From a virus (taxonomy: Duplodnaviria > Caudoviricetes): a DNA stretch of 61,895 nt. The stretch is taken from positions 1 to 61,895 of IMG/VR virus record IMGVR_UViG_3300035564_000051. One strand, 5' to 3'. Below the pieces are notes generated by a model. The model was given only the letters and a program-made list of their open reading frames with translations. It was not told the DNA's origin and ran no database searches. A program made the position numbers and the translations under genes. Below, in pieces: positions 29,179-38,701 of this stretch (position 1 is the first letter of the stretch; every line of letters begins with the position of its first letter).

Positions 29179-29857
29179 GGCGGAATTGAACAAAGAACTC
29201 ACATACGACAGACTGTTTGAAGTGATGAAGGCTCGCTCAAGCGACTACGACACAGAGCGTCGAGCCTATTGGCTTGTTGACCGTTTCTTGTATGGTAAGC
29301 TCTATGACAAGAAGGTGCTGGATGTCGGAGCCGGATGTGGCTATGCGACTCGGAAGTTAATAAACGACTTGGGGGATGTTACTGCGCTAGATATAAGCCC
29401 GAAGATGGTCGAACACCTTTCGCACTTTTGTTATGCTCAACAAGCAAACATCTTTGACGTGTGCGGGTATTTCGGAGCCAGTGCGTTTGATATTGTCCAT
29501 TCATCCGAGTGCATCGAGCACACCCCGAATCCCCCGGCTGCAATCCGTCAGATGTGTTGGGTGTTAAAACCCGGAGGCTATCTTGCACTCAGCACACCGA
29601 ACCTTTTGTGGTGGCCGATTGTAAAACTGGCGAGCATCTTGAAACTCCGACCCTTTGACGGCTATGAGAACTTCAGCACGTTCGCCGGTCTCAGAAAAAC
29701 TCTTGAAGATGCAGGAATGGAAGTCATAGAAGCGCGGGGTTTGCATCTGTTCCCATTTCAGATCCCGCTACACGACCTGTCAGGTTGGTGCGATATTCAC
29801 CTGCAATGCCTGAAGCACTTGATGATAAACATACTCATCCTCGCGAGGAAGAAATGA
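29156..29857 (+). CDS. Class I SAM-dependent methyltransferase (Methyltransf_11/UbiG-like)
   Basis: VLDVGAGCG, FDIVHSSECIEH, LKPGGYLALSTPN. Confidence 0.9.
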   Translation: MKLTKSFEAELNKELTYDRLFEVMKARSSDYDTERRAYWLVDRFLYGKLYDKKVLDVGAGCGYATRKLINDLGDVTALDISPKMVEHLSHFCYAQQANIFDVCGYFGASAFDIVHSSECIEHTPNPPAAIRQMCWVLKPGGYLALSTPNLLWWPIVKLASILKLRPFDGYENFSTFAGLRKTLEDAGMEVIEARGLHLFPFQIPLHDLSGWCDIHLQCLKHLMINILILARKK

Positions 29858-30168
29858 AAACCGGAAACATCTGGAAAGATCGAGGTAACTACAAGATTTA
29901 TTTCGACCGATGGAGAAACTACCTGGGAAGCGCCCAGTTCCTCTTGATCCTCATAATGTTCATCATTCAAACCAAGATGAGTCTATGGTGGATCGTTGGT
30001 GGATTTCTTCTGTCAGTAGTCTGGATGTGGGTTGACGTTCGCTACATCCTTTCGGCTGAGTACGAATCTCAACAGCGCAAGAACTGGGAACTCACATCGA
30101 GGATGAAGAAGATCGACCACATAGAAACGATGTTGGAGAAACTAACAGGAGAAAAGAATGCAGGGTGA
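29854..30168 (+). CDS. Membrane protein
   Basis: Two TM segments plus a helical tail. Confidence 0.55.
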   Translation: MKTGNIWKDRGNYKIYFDRWRNYLGSAQFLLILIMFIIQTKMSLWWIVGGFLLSVVWMWVDVRYILSAEYESQQRKNWELTSRMKKIDHIETMLEKLTGEKNAG

Positions 30169-30715
30169 AGGAATGAGATGTAGCGTTGATGGTTGTGATG
30201 TAGCCTACCACTCTCGCGGTCTATGCCATAATCACTACCGAATGTTTTTGAAATATGGCAGGTATTTCATTAGACACGCGGTGCGCGGCCCCAACCACGG
30301 ACTTTCCCGGACTCCTGAGTACGTAAGCTGGACATGCATGAAGGGCCGATGCTATAATCGCGCCATAAAGAGCTTCAAGCATTACGGCGGTCGGGGGATA
30401 AAAGTTTGTGATCGGTGGCTGCAATCCTTCGAGAACTTTCTCGCAGACATGGGTGAGCGCCCTTCACTGAGGCACACGATTGAGCGGATAAACAATGACG
30501 GAAACTACGAGCCGAATAACTGCAAGTGGATAATAGCGGAGCATCAGGCATTGAACAGGCGAAGCACAAAGATAACCCGAAGTCAGATAGCGGACGTTGT
30601 TGACCTTATTCGATCAAAGGACTATACGCACCTAGAGATAGCGAAAATCTACGGCGTATCGGAAAGCAATATTGCCTATTACCACAAGAAATATGCGAAG
30701 GGAGCAGCGGAATGA
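30158..30715 (+). CDS. HNH homing endonuclease
   Basis: CSVDGC...LCHNHY, YGGRGIKVCDRW, HTIERINNDGNYEPNNCKW, C-terminal HTH. Confidence 0.88.
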   Translation: MQGEGMRCSVDGCDVAYHSRGLCHNHYRMFLKYGRYFIRHAVRGPNHGLSRTPEYVSWTCMKGRCYNRAIKSFKHYGGRGIKVCDRWLQSFENFLADMGERPSLRHTIERINNDGNYEPNNCKWIIAEHQALNRRSTKITRSQIADVVDLIRSKDYTHLEIAKIYGVSESNIAYYHKKYAKGAAE

Positions 30716-31338
30716 GCCGGTACTACAGAGGTCTATTCTTCAAGAGGGGATATAGTGTGCGAATCTCGCTTTTGTTCGAGTGCTCGCTCCAACCTTTGTG
30801 TTCCTACTGTTGTTTGACGGTTCCGACGGGTCAACGGGCGAAATCTCGACGCGCAACACTTGAGGAATGGAAAACCTTCATCGAGAACTTCCCCCTCAAG
30901 ATCAAAGAACTCCATCTCTGCGGTGGGGAACCTTCTTTGCTATCGTGGATGCCACGACTCGCCAACTGGCTTCTCGACAAAGGGCATCACGTAACGATCT
31001 ACACCAATCTTCACAATGTAGAAACGCTTTGCCGAATCCGTCCGTCGAAAAGGTTGATGATTATTTCCACCTATCATCATCAGGATGATGCCCTCAAGTA
31101 CACGCGTTCCTACGAGCGATTGACTGCGGCGGGTTACGAGGTAAGGGTGGGGGAAATGAACGACGGTTCTCCGGGCTGGAAGAAGGTCATGCCCTATTCC
31201 AAACTCAAGACGCTCTATCCCGATCAAAAATCTCTCCACGACATTTCCGACAGGGAGCGACAACTCATCGTTGCGCCCGATCTGACGATCTACTCGGGTT
31301 GCTGGGAGCAATACATGGACAAGGGGAGGCCACAATGA
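30712..31338 (+). CDS. Short radical SAM protein (CX5CX2C variant)
   Basis: CSLQPLCSYC, LCGGEP, IYTNL. Confidence 0.75.
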   Translation: MSRYYRGLFFKRGYSVRISLLFECSLQPLCSYCCLTVPTGQRAKSRRATLEEWKTFIENFPLKIKELHLCGGEPSLLSWMPRLANWLLDKGHHVTIYTNLHNVETLCRIRPSKRLMIISTYHHQDDALKYTRSYERLTAAGYEVRVGEMNDGSPGWKKVMPYSKLKTLYPDQKSLHDISDRERQLIVAPDLTIYSGCWEQYMDKGRPQ

Positions 31339-31958
31339 CCCGCTTCCTCGGTATTGAACTGTACGAGAAAACCAAGTTGCTCAAGCGCGGGGAATCTGTG
31401 GTCCTGATGATAACCTTCGATTGCAACCTGGACTGTTCTTTCTGTCTGATTCACCTTCCCGGCGGCAAGAGGGCATACATGGAAAGTGAAGGAATCGGCT
31501 ATTGGAAACACGCCGTGGAACTGCTTCCGGTCAAGGTCAGGGAGTTCTACATATCAGGCGGAGAATTGACCCTGCCGCAATTTTCTTGGCTGCCAGAATT
31601 TCTCACATGGCTCTTAGATAAAGGCTATCACGTTACACTCACAACCAATCTCTATGACATCGCGCCGATACTGAAGATTCCGAAAAGGCACAACTTCCAG
31701 ATCAGTTCGACCTTCCACCCCGAGGCTGACCTGTGGGATTTTGATAACAAGTTTTGGAAGCTGAGAAACGCTGGCTACCGGATTGAGGCAAAGGAACTCG
31801 GCAAGAAGAAACTCCTGACCTATTCAACCCTGGAGCCGATCAGAAGTAAGGAGATGCTCTACTTTGACAAACGGATGCTTCACCTATGCAGTAAAAACAG
31901 AATCTACATCGGGGAATACGAGATGTCGATTGCATGTACACCGAAGGAGGCCAAATGA
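31335..31958 (+). CDS. Short radical SAM protein
   Basis: CNLDCSFC, ISGGE, LTTNL; paralogous to the upstream gene (WLLDKG.HVT..TNL in both). Confidence 0.82.
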   Translation: MTRFLGIELYEKTKLLKRGESVVLMITFDCNLDCSFCLIHLPGGKRAYMESEGIGYWKHAVELLPVKVREFYISGGELTLPQFSWLPEFLTWLLDKGYHVTLTTNLYDIAPILKIPKRHNFQISSTFHPEADLWDFDNKFWKLRNAGYRIEAKELGKKKLLTYSTLEPIRSKEMLYFDKRMLHLCSKNRIYIGEYEMSIACTPKEAK

Positions 31959-32608
31959 GCTTCTTCGCCCGGTTCAAAATACTTCGTCTCTTGAAAAGAT
32001 TCATCTGGGTGCATCTGAACATCTGGGCCTACCCCGATACGATCGTACGAGATGCGATCCTAAAGCATGTCAAGCCCGGAACTCGGTGTATTGATGTGGG
32101 TGCTCACAGGGGGAGAATGACAGACCTGATGCTCAAATGCTGTGGCACTTCGGGAATGGTCAACGCCTTTGAACCCCTGCCGGATTTTTGCCATGCCCTA
32201 GAGGACAAATACCGTCGGACGAGGAATGTGTTTGTGTTTAACACCGCGCTTGGTGATATACCACCTAGAAGGATGCCCTCAGTAGCTTGTTTTGCTCGAA
32301 CCGAAGATCCGCTGATGTCATCATTTCATCCCGACTCGAAGTGCAAGGTTATCGAGTTCCTCACGGTCTCTGTCCGATCTCTCGACTCATACCATTTTGA
32401 AGGAATCGGCTTTATCAAGATCGACGTAGAAGGATGGGAACCGGAAGTCCTGAAGGGTGCGGAAGAGACCATCAACAAGTATCACCCCGTGATAATCGCG
32501 GAATGTTTGCCCGGTTCAAAGAATGCAAGTCCGATGATAGAGTTTTTTGAATCACACGGATATGGAACAATCCACTATCCATACGAAATCCTTGCGGTGA
32601 AGATATGA
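31955..32608 (+). CDS. FkbM-family methyltransferase
   Basis: IDVGAHRG, AFEP, FIKIDVEGWEPEVLKGA. Confidence 0.9.
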   Translation: MSFFARFKILRLLKRFIWVHLNIWAYPDTIVRDAILKHVKPGTRCIDVGAHRGRMTDLMLKCCGTSGMVNAFEPLPDFCHALEDKYRRTRNVFVFNTALGDIPPRRMPSVACFARTEDPLMSSFHPDSKCKVIEFLTVSVRSLDSYHFEGIGFIKIDVEGWEPEVLKGAEETINKYHPVIIAECLPGSKNASPMIEFFESHGYGTIHYPYEILAVKI

Positions 32609-33459
32609 TGCTGAGAGAGCGTATCCACGACAGGCTTCTTCACTCGTACAGCAATCTCGTCATGCCAAGCGGCCAGCCGGGGGGAAGGGTTCTGATTCCC
32701 TGCAATGTGGGCTACGGAGACTTGGTATTTCTGCTTCCGGTCCTGCGGGCATTAGATGGTAAAGACACCACGCTGGTTCTTGATGATACCGACAAAGCAG
32801 ACTTCTTGCGGCAGGTGGGAATCCAGAACGCATGGATATTCCCCTGGGAGCGGCTTCATGCCACAGAGTATGATACCATCATCTGCACCCATGCCCAACA
32901 GTGGACTCCGATCATCTACCAGGTGATCGACAAAAGGATTCCATGCCGGATCGGGCATATCTGGAGGGAAAAGTACTCATGGGCTTGGACTCACAAGGTT
33001 CCGTTCGTGGACGGTTGGCATGAGAGAACCAATAACGCATCGCTCTTGGAACCATTTAAGTTGAAACCGATACACAGGAAGATCGAGATAGAACCCGAGC
33101 GAGGATTCGACGTTCTCATTGCCCCAAACACAACGAGTCCCGAGAAGGATTGGGATGGTTACGATGAACTTGCAAGGAAAATATTTGCGACACCGAACAC
33201 ATTCTCGTTCACAACGATATACGAGAAACTTCCGATGAATAAGCTCTTACGGGCCATCGCCGGTGCTCGCCTTATCATTGGCAACGACTCAGGGCTCCCC
33301 AAGATTGCCGATGCAATGGGAATACCTGCGATACAGATATTCAAAGCATGTGGCTGGCAACCATCGCGTTCAGGGCTCTCTCATGGAATTGACCTTGTAG
33401 AACCAACGGTAGATGAAGTTTTCACTCGCGCACAAATAATCTTACAGGAGAAACAATGA
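32605..33459 (+). CDS. GT9-family (heptosyltransferase-like) glycosyltransferase
   Basis: GYGDLVFLLPVLRAL, EKDW, IIGNDSGLPKIADAMGIPAIQIF. Confidence 0.85.
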   Translation: MMLRERIHDRLLHSYSNLVMPSGQPGGRVLIPCNVGYGDLVFLLPVLRALDGKDTTLVLDDTDKADFLRQVGIQNAWIFPWERLHATEYDTIICTHAQQWTPIIYQVIDKRIPCRIGHIWREKYSWAWTHKVPFVDGWHERTNNASLLEPFKLKPIHRKIEIEPERGFDVLIAPNTTSPEKDWDGYDELARKIFATPNTFSFTTIYEKLPMNKLLRAIAGARLIIGNDSGLPKIADAMGIPAIQIFKACGWQPSRSGLSHGIDLVEPTVDEVFTRAQIILQEKQ

Positions 33460-33749
33460 CCAAACAACTCTCTCTCATCACCGAGGACAAGTTAGATCCT
33501 CAGATAGCCAAAGACGCTGATCGTTACGTCGAGGCCGTCAAAGAGGTTAAGGACGCAACCGAGCGCAGGAAGAAGTTCGCGGGCCTGATTGTCCGCGCCC
33601 TGAAGAAGCTCGGCAAGTCAAAGGTTCGTCATGGCGACATCATCATCGAGGTCGCATCGAAGGAAGCCATTGACACCATCAAGATCAAGAAGGCAAAGGC
33701 CGCGCCCGTGAAGAAGGTTCAGCCAATCAAAGCGCCGGAAAAGAAATGA
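33456..33749 (+). CDS. Hypothetical Lys-rich protein
   Basis: SD AGGAG; ATGA overlap. Confidence 0.6.
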   Translation: MTKQLSLITEDKLDPQIAKDADRYVEAVKEVKDATERRKKFAGLIVRALKKLGKSKVRHGDIIIEVASKEAIDTIKIKKAKAAPVKKVQPIKAPEKK

Positions 33750-34048
33750 GTGTTGACCGTACTCCATCCGACAAGTTTGAGCGCTCCGAGACTCAGGCGC
33801 GCAATACTGCCAGAGGCCAATTAGAGATCATCCTTGCCAATCCGAAAGCACTTTTGTCTCTCAGGGGAGGGACAAAGAAGTTATCGGACGCAAGAGACCT
33901 TGACAAGCGAATGAAATCCGGCGAGCCGTTCAGTCCGGGGCAGTACTCGTACGTGGATGGTTTGTACGAAGCAACGATGAAAGGTCTCGGGCTTCCATCG
34001 GTAGATAATCACCGGGACAGACGATCAACACTGAGGCATCCCGTATGA
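33746..34048 (+). CDS. Hypothetical protein
   Basis: ATGA overlaps at both ends. Confidence 0.55.
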   Translation: MSVDRTPSDKFERSETQARNTARGQLEIILANPKALLSLRGGTKKLSDARDLDKRMKSGEPFSPGQYSYVDGLYEATMKGLGLPSVDNHRDRRSTLRHPV

Positions 34049-34314
34049 CCTCTTCCACCAGATACATTCTTGCATGGTTGGGGATGTGTATTTGTTTTCT
34101 GGCAATCTGTCAACTCTTAGTACCGTTGGTTATGAATTAAGGAGGATGAAATGGAAGCAATGAAACGCGCAGAAGAATTCGTTAAAAAATACCCCGAACT
34201 GTTCACTCGGCACGTACCCCGAGAACTCATAACCACTCGGCTTGCGATCCTGATTTTGGAAGCAGAGCGCGATGAAGTCAAGGCCGGAAGAAAAATGATT
34301 CAGGGGGTGAAAGT

Positions 34315-34527
34315 ATGACCTTCCGCGAGAGAATAGACTCATTTCCCGAACCACATAGGTCTCAGATGCTTGCTAACGCGAGCGAGGAAGTTCTGAAGTC
34401 TGAGGACAACAAACACACTGATGCGGGAATAGTTGCATCTGCTTTCAAGTGGGATGATTCACCGGAGATGTATGATTACTGGAGATCATTCTACCGAGAG
34501 CTTGACAAGAAGGAGAAGCCGCTATGA
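34315..34527 (+). CDS. Hypothetical protein
   Basis: ATGA-coupled; AFKWDDSPEMYDYW. Confidence 0.55.
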   Translation: MTFRERIDSFPEPHRSQMLANASEEVLKSEDNKHTDAGIVASAFKWDDSPEMYDYWRSFYRELDKKEKPL

Positions 34528-34724
34528 ACCGGCGAGGATTCTTTGGAGGACTGGCAGCATTACCGCTCGCGCTGAAAAATCAAGCCACAGAGGACAAAAC
34601 TATAACAGTCGAGCCGATTGAAGGTCACGAAATCTACGCAGGCGATATGCTGATGGTAACACAAACAGATGATCGGAAACTGAGAGCTTTCCCTGTGTTC
34701 TCTGCCGCAAAGGAAAAACCATGA
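34524..34724 (+). CDS. Small protein with twin-arginine (Tat)-like signal
   Basis: MNRRGFFGGLAALPLAL. Confidence 0.6.
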   Translation: MNRRGFFGGLAALPLALKNQATEDKTITVEPIEGHEIYAGDMLMVTQTDDRKLRAFPVFSAAKEKP

Positions 34725-35185
34725 GTGCCACAGAGATTGACGCGCGGCTCCGACCCCTATTCGATGAGATTCAAAAAGCCCGTACATGGGGAGTTACACA
34801 CGATCAGCTCGCAGATACCTTCGAGCGCGCCATAGGACGGACTGACTTCGAGAGATTCCTTGAGACGCGGAAGAACGCCAAACTTCAACCGGGCAACCTG
34901 AGAGAAAAGCGCAAGCACTATTCGCCATCCTACAAACAGAAACTCTATGACCATCAAGGCGGTGCGTGTCCCTGGTGTCCCGAACCCTTATTCATTCCAG
35001 CCAAGAGAAACGAGGTCGATCACATTAACGTGAACCTTCCGCCGGAAGAATATGAGACAAGGAAGAATCATTGTTTGGCTCACCCGAAATGCAATCGGTC
35101 AAAGAACGCAACGTCATTGGCCGATCTGTCTAAGCGAACCGGGATCACGATGGTAGAAATTCTCTCGAAGGGATTAGAAGCATGA
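34721..35185 (+). CDS. HNH endonuclease
   Basis: ACPWC, EVDHI, LAHPKCNRSK. Confidence 0.8.
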   Translation: MSATEIDARLRPLFDEIQKARTWGVTHDQLADTFERAIGRTDFERFLETRKNAKLQPGNLREKRKHYSPSYKQKLYDHQGGACPWCPEPLFIPAKRNEVDHINVNLPPEEYETRKNHCLAHPKCNRSKNATSLADLSKRTGITMVEILSKGLEA

Positions 35186-35457
35186 AGCGAATAAGCACGA
35201 AGAGCGCGTCGGGGCCAGCCGTGTCAAAGTGTCAATGTCCAAAAGAAGAAATGAAGTTTTGGACTTTTCGCAAGTCTGACGGCAAACCGATCTATCTTTG
35301 CAACAAGCACAATACATCGCGCGTACTGGATATTCCAATCACTGAGGTCAAGCGTGACTAAGACCAGCAGAATGTTCCTTACCATTGCGATCATCTTAGC
35401 CATTGCAGAGACTTTAAGGCGCGTAAAGAGAGCATTTGGGCCAAGAGAGGACGATCA

Positions 35458-35796
35458 ATGGTGGATATGAGCACATACTTAAACTCTGACCCGCGCCAGC
35501 TCAACATTTTCCATTTGGCCACCGAAACACGCGATGAGTCCTACCATGCAATGATAAAGGATCTCACCAACCGACAAAAGTCAGTTTATGACATTCTTTG
35601 TAGGGGGGATAGGTGCAATGAAGAGATTGCGGCAGCCCTAGGCTGGCCAATCAATAGGGTAACTGGAAGGGTGTATGAACTCAGAGGATTATCGAAGTCG
35701 CACCCGATGGACCCTCCGAGAGTATTTTCAGCCGGAAAAGAGATTAGACCCGGTACAAACAGGCGCGTAGAAGTCTGGACTGTTAAGAAACCATAA
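35458..35796 (+). CDS. Winged-HTH DNA-binding protein
   Basis: CNEEIAAALGWPINRVTGRVYEL. Confidence 0.7.
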   Translation: MVDMSTYLNSDPRQLNIFHLATETRDESYHAMIKDLTNRQKSVYDILCRGDRCNEEIAAALGWPINRVTGRVYELRGLSKSHPMDPPRVFSAGKEIRPGTNRRVEVWTVKKP

Positions 35797-35808
35797 GGAG
35801 TTCACCCC

Positions 35809-35862
35809 ATGATCCAAGTACTTACCGGCGATGCCTTGGAAGTGAAAGGACAAGGGAAATGA
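35809..35862 (+). pseudogene. 17-codon remnant resembling a DNA methyltransferase N-terminus
   Basis: SD AAGGAG, then MIQVLTGDALEVKGQGK*; its stop overlaps the next ATG. Confidence 0.4.
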
Positions 35863-36677
35863 AAACTTCAATCGAATGGACTGATGCAACGTGGAATCCA
35901 GTCACAGGATGCACGAAGGTCTCTCCCGGATGTAAGAATTGCTATGCGGAAGCGATTGCGCTTCGCCTGTGGGGTCGTCGGAAGTTCACCGACGTTCGAC
36001 TTGAATCTGCGCGCCTCAAATATCCGCTTCATTGGCGCAAACCGCGAATGGTTTTCGTGAACTCAATGAGTGACCTATTCCACCCAGACGTTCCATTCGA
36101 TTTTGTGGACGCGGTTTTCGAGACGATCTGCACCGCCAAGCATCACACCTATCAAATTCTCACCAAGCGGGGCGCGCGCATGAGAGAATACTTTGACCTG
36201 ATGAACAAGAACGCCTTCATCCCGGAAAATGTTTTGATTGGTGTTTCGTGCGAGAACCGCGAAATGGCGACCTTACGAATACCACAACTTCAAGACATTG
36301 ATCTTGCGCGGCGATTCATCAGCTTCGAGCCGCTCCTTGAGGACGCGGGCGAACTTGACCTCACGGGAATCGAATGGGTAATCATTGGAGGCGAATCTGG
36401 CCCGAACGCGAGACCCTTCAATATCGAATGGGCGCGCAACATTATCCGGCAATGCAAGGCCGCGAAAATCCCGGTATTTATGAAACAGGTGGGATCGAAT
36501 CCAGATGTTTACGACATAACGACGACGCGGCAAGGTGATACTGTTCGCATCAGAGAAAAGCGCGCGCGCTTGAAATCTCGCAAGGGTTCCGACCCATCTG
36601 AATGGCCAAAAGATTTGAGAGTGCGCGAATATCCTTCCCTTGCCTCAATCAATCCTCTTTTTTCAAAGGACCCATAA
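35859..36677 (+). CDS. Phage Gp37/Gp68-family (DUF5131) protein
   Basis: TSIEWTDATWNPVTGCTKVSPGCKNCYA, FVNSMSDLFH, WVIIGGESG. Confidence 0.93.
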   Translation: MKTSIEWTDATWNPVTGCTKVSPGCKNCYAEAIALRLWGRRKFTDVRLESARLKYPLHWRKPRMVFVNSMSDLFHPDVPFDFVDAVFETICTAKHHTYQILTKRGARMREYFDLMNKNAFIPENVLIGVSCENREMATLRIPQLQDIDLARRFISFEPLLEDAGELDLTGIEWVIIGGESGPNARPFNIEWARNIIRQCKAAKIPVFMKQVGSNPDVYDITTTRQGDTVRIREKRARLKSRKGSDPSEWPKDLRVREYPSLASINPLFSKDP

Positions 36678-36719
36678 CCAAATGACACAGAGAGAGCACC
36701 CCTCACTATTGGAGGCACA

Positions 36720-36974
36720 ATGAGCGAACAAACCTTACTTGAAAAAGCGAAATCATTCAAGCCGCCAGTTAATTCTCACGAAAAATTCAGCGACGAATAC
36801 GTTGAGTTGGCTGTGGCTTTTTTGAATGGCGAAGTAAGTAACTCTCAAGTGAAGCGTGCCATCGACAAGGAGAGGGCGGGGTCAAGTTATATTTACAGAA
36901 TCGGAATCGCTATTCGCACCGCTATTGCCGACGGTAGGCTCGAACCGATAACATTCAAACGGGAGGCCAAATGA
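36720..36974 (+). CDS. Hypothetical protein
   Basis: SD GGAGG. Confidence 0.6.
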   Translation: MSEQTLLEKAKSFKPPVNSHEKFSDEYVELAVAFLNGEVSNSQVKRAIDKERAGSSYIYRIGIAIRTAIADGRLEPITFKREAK

Positions 36975-37498
36975 GCGACCCTGAAATTCTCACCGAGGAA
37001 AAGCTGGACGAAATCTTAGCCGATCATCCACACCCCGAATCAGTAGCGCGAGACTATGTAGTCCACGAACTGATATTCAACATTCGGGAGGCGAGGAAAG
37101 AATTAGCGAAGGTAAGGGAAGAACACGCTGTTGTCATTCAGAATATCAACGACAACTGGCAAGGGCTTTACAATGCGAGAATTGAACAGGCAAACGCCCA
37201 ACTCTCTCAGGCAAAGGCAGAGGTGGAGAGACTTCAATCAATTACCCTTCACGATACAGGTCGTGTAGTAGATGCAGAAGCGAAGGTTGTTGCGCTTGAG
37301 GTCGATGTTGCCACCCTTCGCCGTGACTTGTCAGAGGCGTATGAGGCAATTAGGAAATCGCAAGCTGTTCTTGCGGGATGGATTGTTCCCGATAGCATTG
37401 TGACTGACGCTGAAGCTCTGGACAAACTACTCGGAATCCTCGATGACAAGAAACTTGTAGCGTTTCTCACCGCACAGAAAGCGAGGGATGGGGAATGA
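36971..37498 (+). CDS. Hypothetical coiled-coil protein, ends LTAQKARDGE
   Basis: First gene of the repeat-joined array. Confidence 0.6.
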   Translation: MSDPEILTEEKLDEILADHPHPESVARDYVVHELIFNIREARKELAKVREEHAVVIQNINDNWQGLYNARIEQANAQLSQAKAEVERLQSITLHDTGRVVDAEAKVVALEVDVATLRRDLSEAYEAIRKSQAVLAGWIVPDSIVTDAEALDKLLGILDDKKLVAFLTAQKARDGE

Positions 37499-37659
37499 CA
37501 AGCCGAATAGTGGCACTGATTGCACTTATTCTGATGATTCATGGATGGTTGATAGAAAGCACTCCGATGATGGTTGATGGTGTGGTTGCTACATTCATAT
37601 CAATCTTCATTCGTGGCATTGAAGAAACTCGGAAAAAGAAAGCGAGGGATGGGAAATGA
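37495..37659 (+). CDS. Small membrane protein (54 aa; not in ORF track), ends KARDGK
   Basis: MTSRIVALIALILMIHGWLIES...; lies exactly between two repeat copies. Confidence 0.6.
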   Translation: MTSRIVALIALILMIHGWLIESTPMMVDGVVATFISIFIRGIEETRKKKARDGK

Positions 37660-37847
37660 CACCGAAAGAACGAAAACAAGTAAGGTCGCTCATCAAGGTG
37701 TATGATGGTTACATCGAATTGCTCAACGCTGAACTTGAGGAAATTATTGTGCTTGCGACTTTGCACGGGTGGAAAAGTCACCGATACGAGGACGGCTTGA
37801 AAATGCGGAATCGAATCGCAGAACTGAAAAGGAGCATTTCACAATGA
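37656..37847 (+). CDS. Hypothetical protein
   Basis: Starts inside the repeat (ATGA). Confidence 0.6.
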   Translation: MTPKERKQVRSLIKVYDGYIELLNAELEEIIVLATLHGWKSHRYEDGLKMRNRIAELKRSISQ

Positions 37848-38398
37848 CCGCGAAAGAACTGAGAGAACAAATAACTGACGAGGTTCAGCGGGAGTTTTCA
37901 ATCAATGCCGAAGGGTGGAAGTTGGAAGGAGTCTATACTCGCACCGTCGGAAACAAAACTGTTCAAGCCGTTCCATCGGCACACGATACGAAACGGTTGC
38001 GTAATGCGGTGATTGAAGCCCGTCTATCTGCTCGCCAGCTTGAGTCCCTTCTGTCCGACTCACAGAAAGAGGTGGCGAAGGCAGAGAAGGGATGGACAGA
38101 GGAACGCAACCACGCCGAAGATTCAGAGTTGCAACTATTCGGCATCTCTCGAAAACTCAACATTGAGGGTAGCATTAAGAACTGGCAGACTTCAATCTAC
38201 AAGGCAATCGCTGACCTTCAGAAACAGTTGTCAGAGGCGTATGAGGCGATAAGGGAAGATTGGCCTATTTGGATAGGTCAAACACCATTGGCTTATTCGT
38301 GCTCCAGATGCAGGGCGTTTGGGGAGACCAAAGAAAACTTTCCTCACAAGCCCACCTGCATCGTTCTCACCGCACAGAAAGCGAGGGATGGGAAATGA
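37844..38398 (+). CDS. Hypothetical protein, ends LTAQKARDGK
   Basis: SD AAGGAG; starts MTAKELREQ. Confidence 0.6.
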   Translation: MTAKELREQITDEVQREFSINAEGWKLEGVYTRTVGNKTVQAVPSAHDTKRLRNAVIEARLSARQLESLLSDSQKEVAKAEKGWTEERNHAEDSELQLFGISRKLNIEGSIKNWQTSIYKAIADLQKQLSEAYEAIREDWPIWIGQTPLAYSCSRCRAFGETKENFPHKPTCIVLTAQKARDGK

Positions 38399-38679
38399 AA
38401 CCATTGATTATGCCAATTCAGCGAACAAGGGAACAGAAAGAGGCCGGCTGTCCGCAATTTATCCCTTTTGCAAACATCGACACATATGAAATTCGCAAAC
38501 AAGCCCTTGCTAATCACGACCAAACATTGGAGAGGCTGGCTGAACGTGTAGGAATGAGTCCACAAGAGATGTATGCGATGGCTCACGGGATTCGTGGTAG
38601 GGATACTGAAAAGATTCTGATGGCAACGGCAATTCAATGGTTGATTCTCACCGCACAGAAAGCGAGGGATGGGGAATGA
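38395..38679 (+). CDS. Hypothetical protein, ends LTAQKARDGE
   Basis: Starts and ends in repeat copies; QALANHDQTLERLAERVGMS. Confidence 0.6.
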   Translation: MKPLIMPIQRTREQKEAGCPQFIPFANIDTYEIRKQALANHDQTLERLAERVGMSPQEMYAMAHGIRGRDTEKILMATAIQWLILTAQKARDGE

Positions 38680-38701
38680 CACCGAAAGAACTGAGAGAAC
38701 A

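Noticed and set aside
30712-31958. 7-deazaguanine DNA modification pathway (QueE)
   Set aside because: No QueC, QueD, FolE or DpdA-like genes recognised; the context is glycan enzymes.
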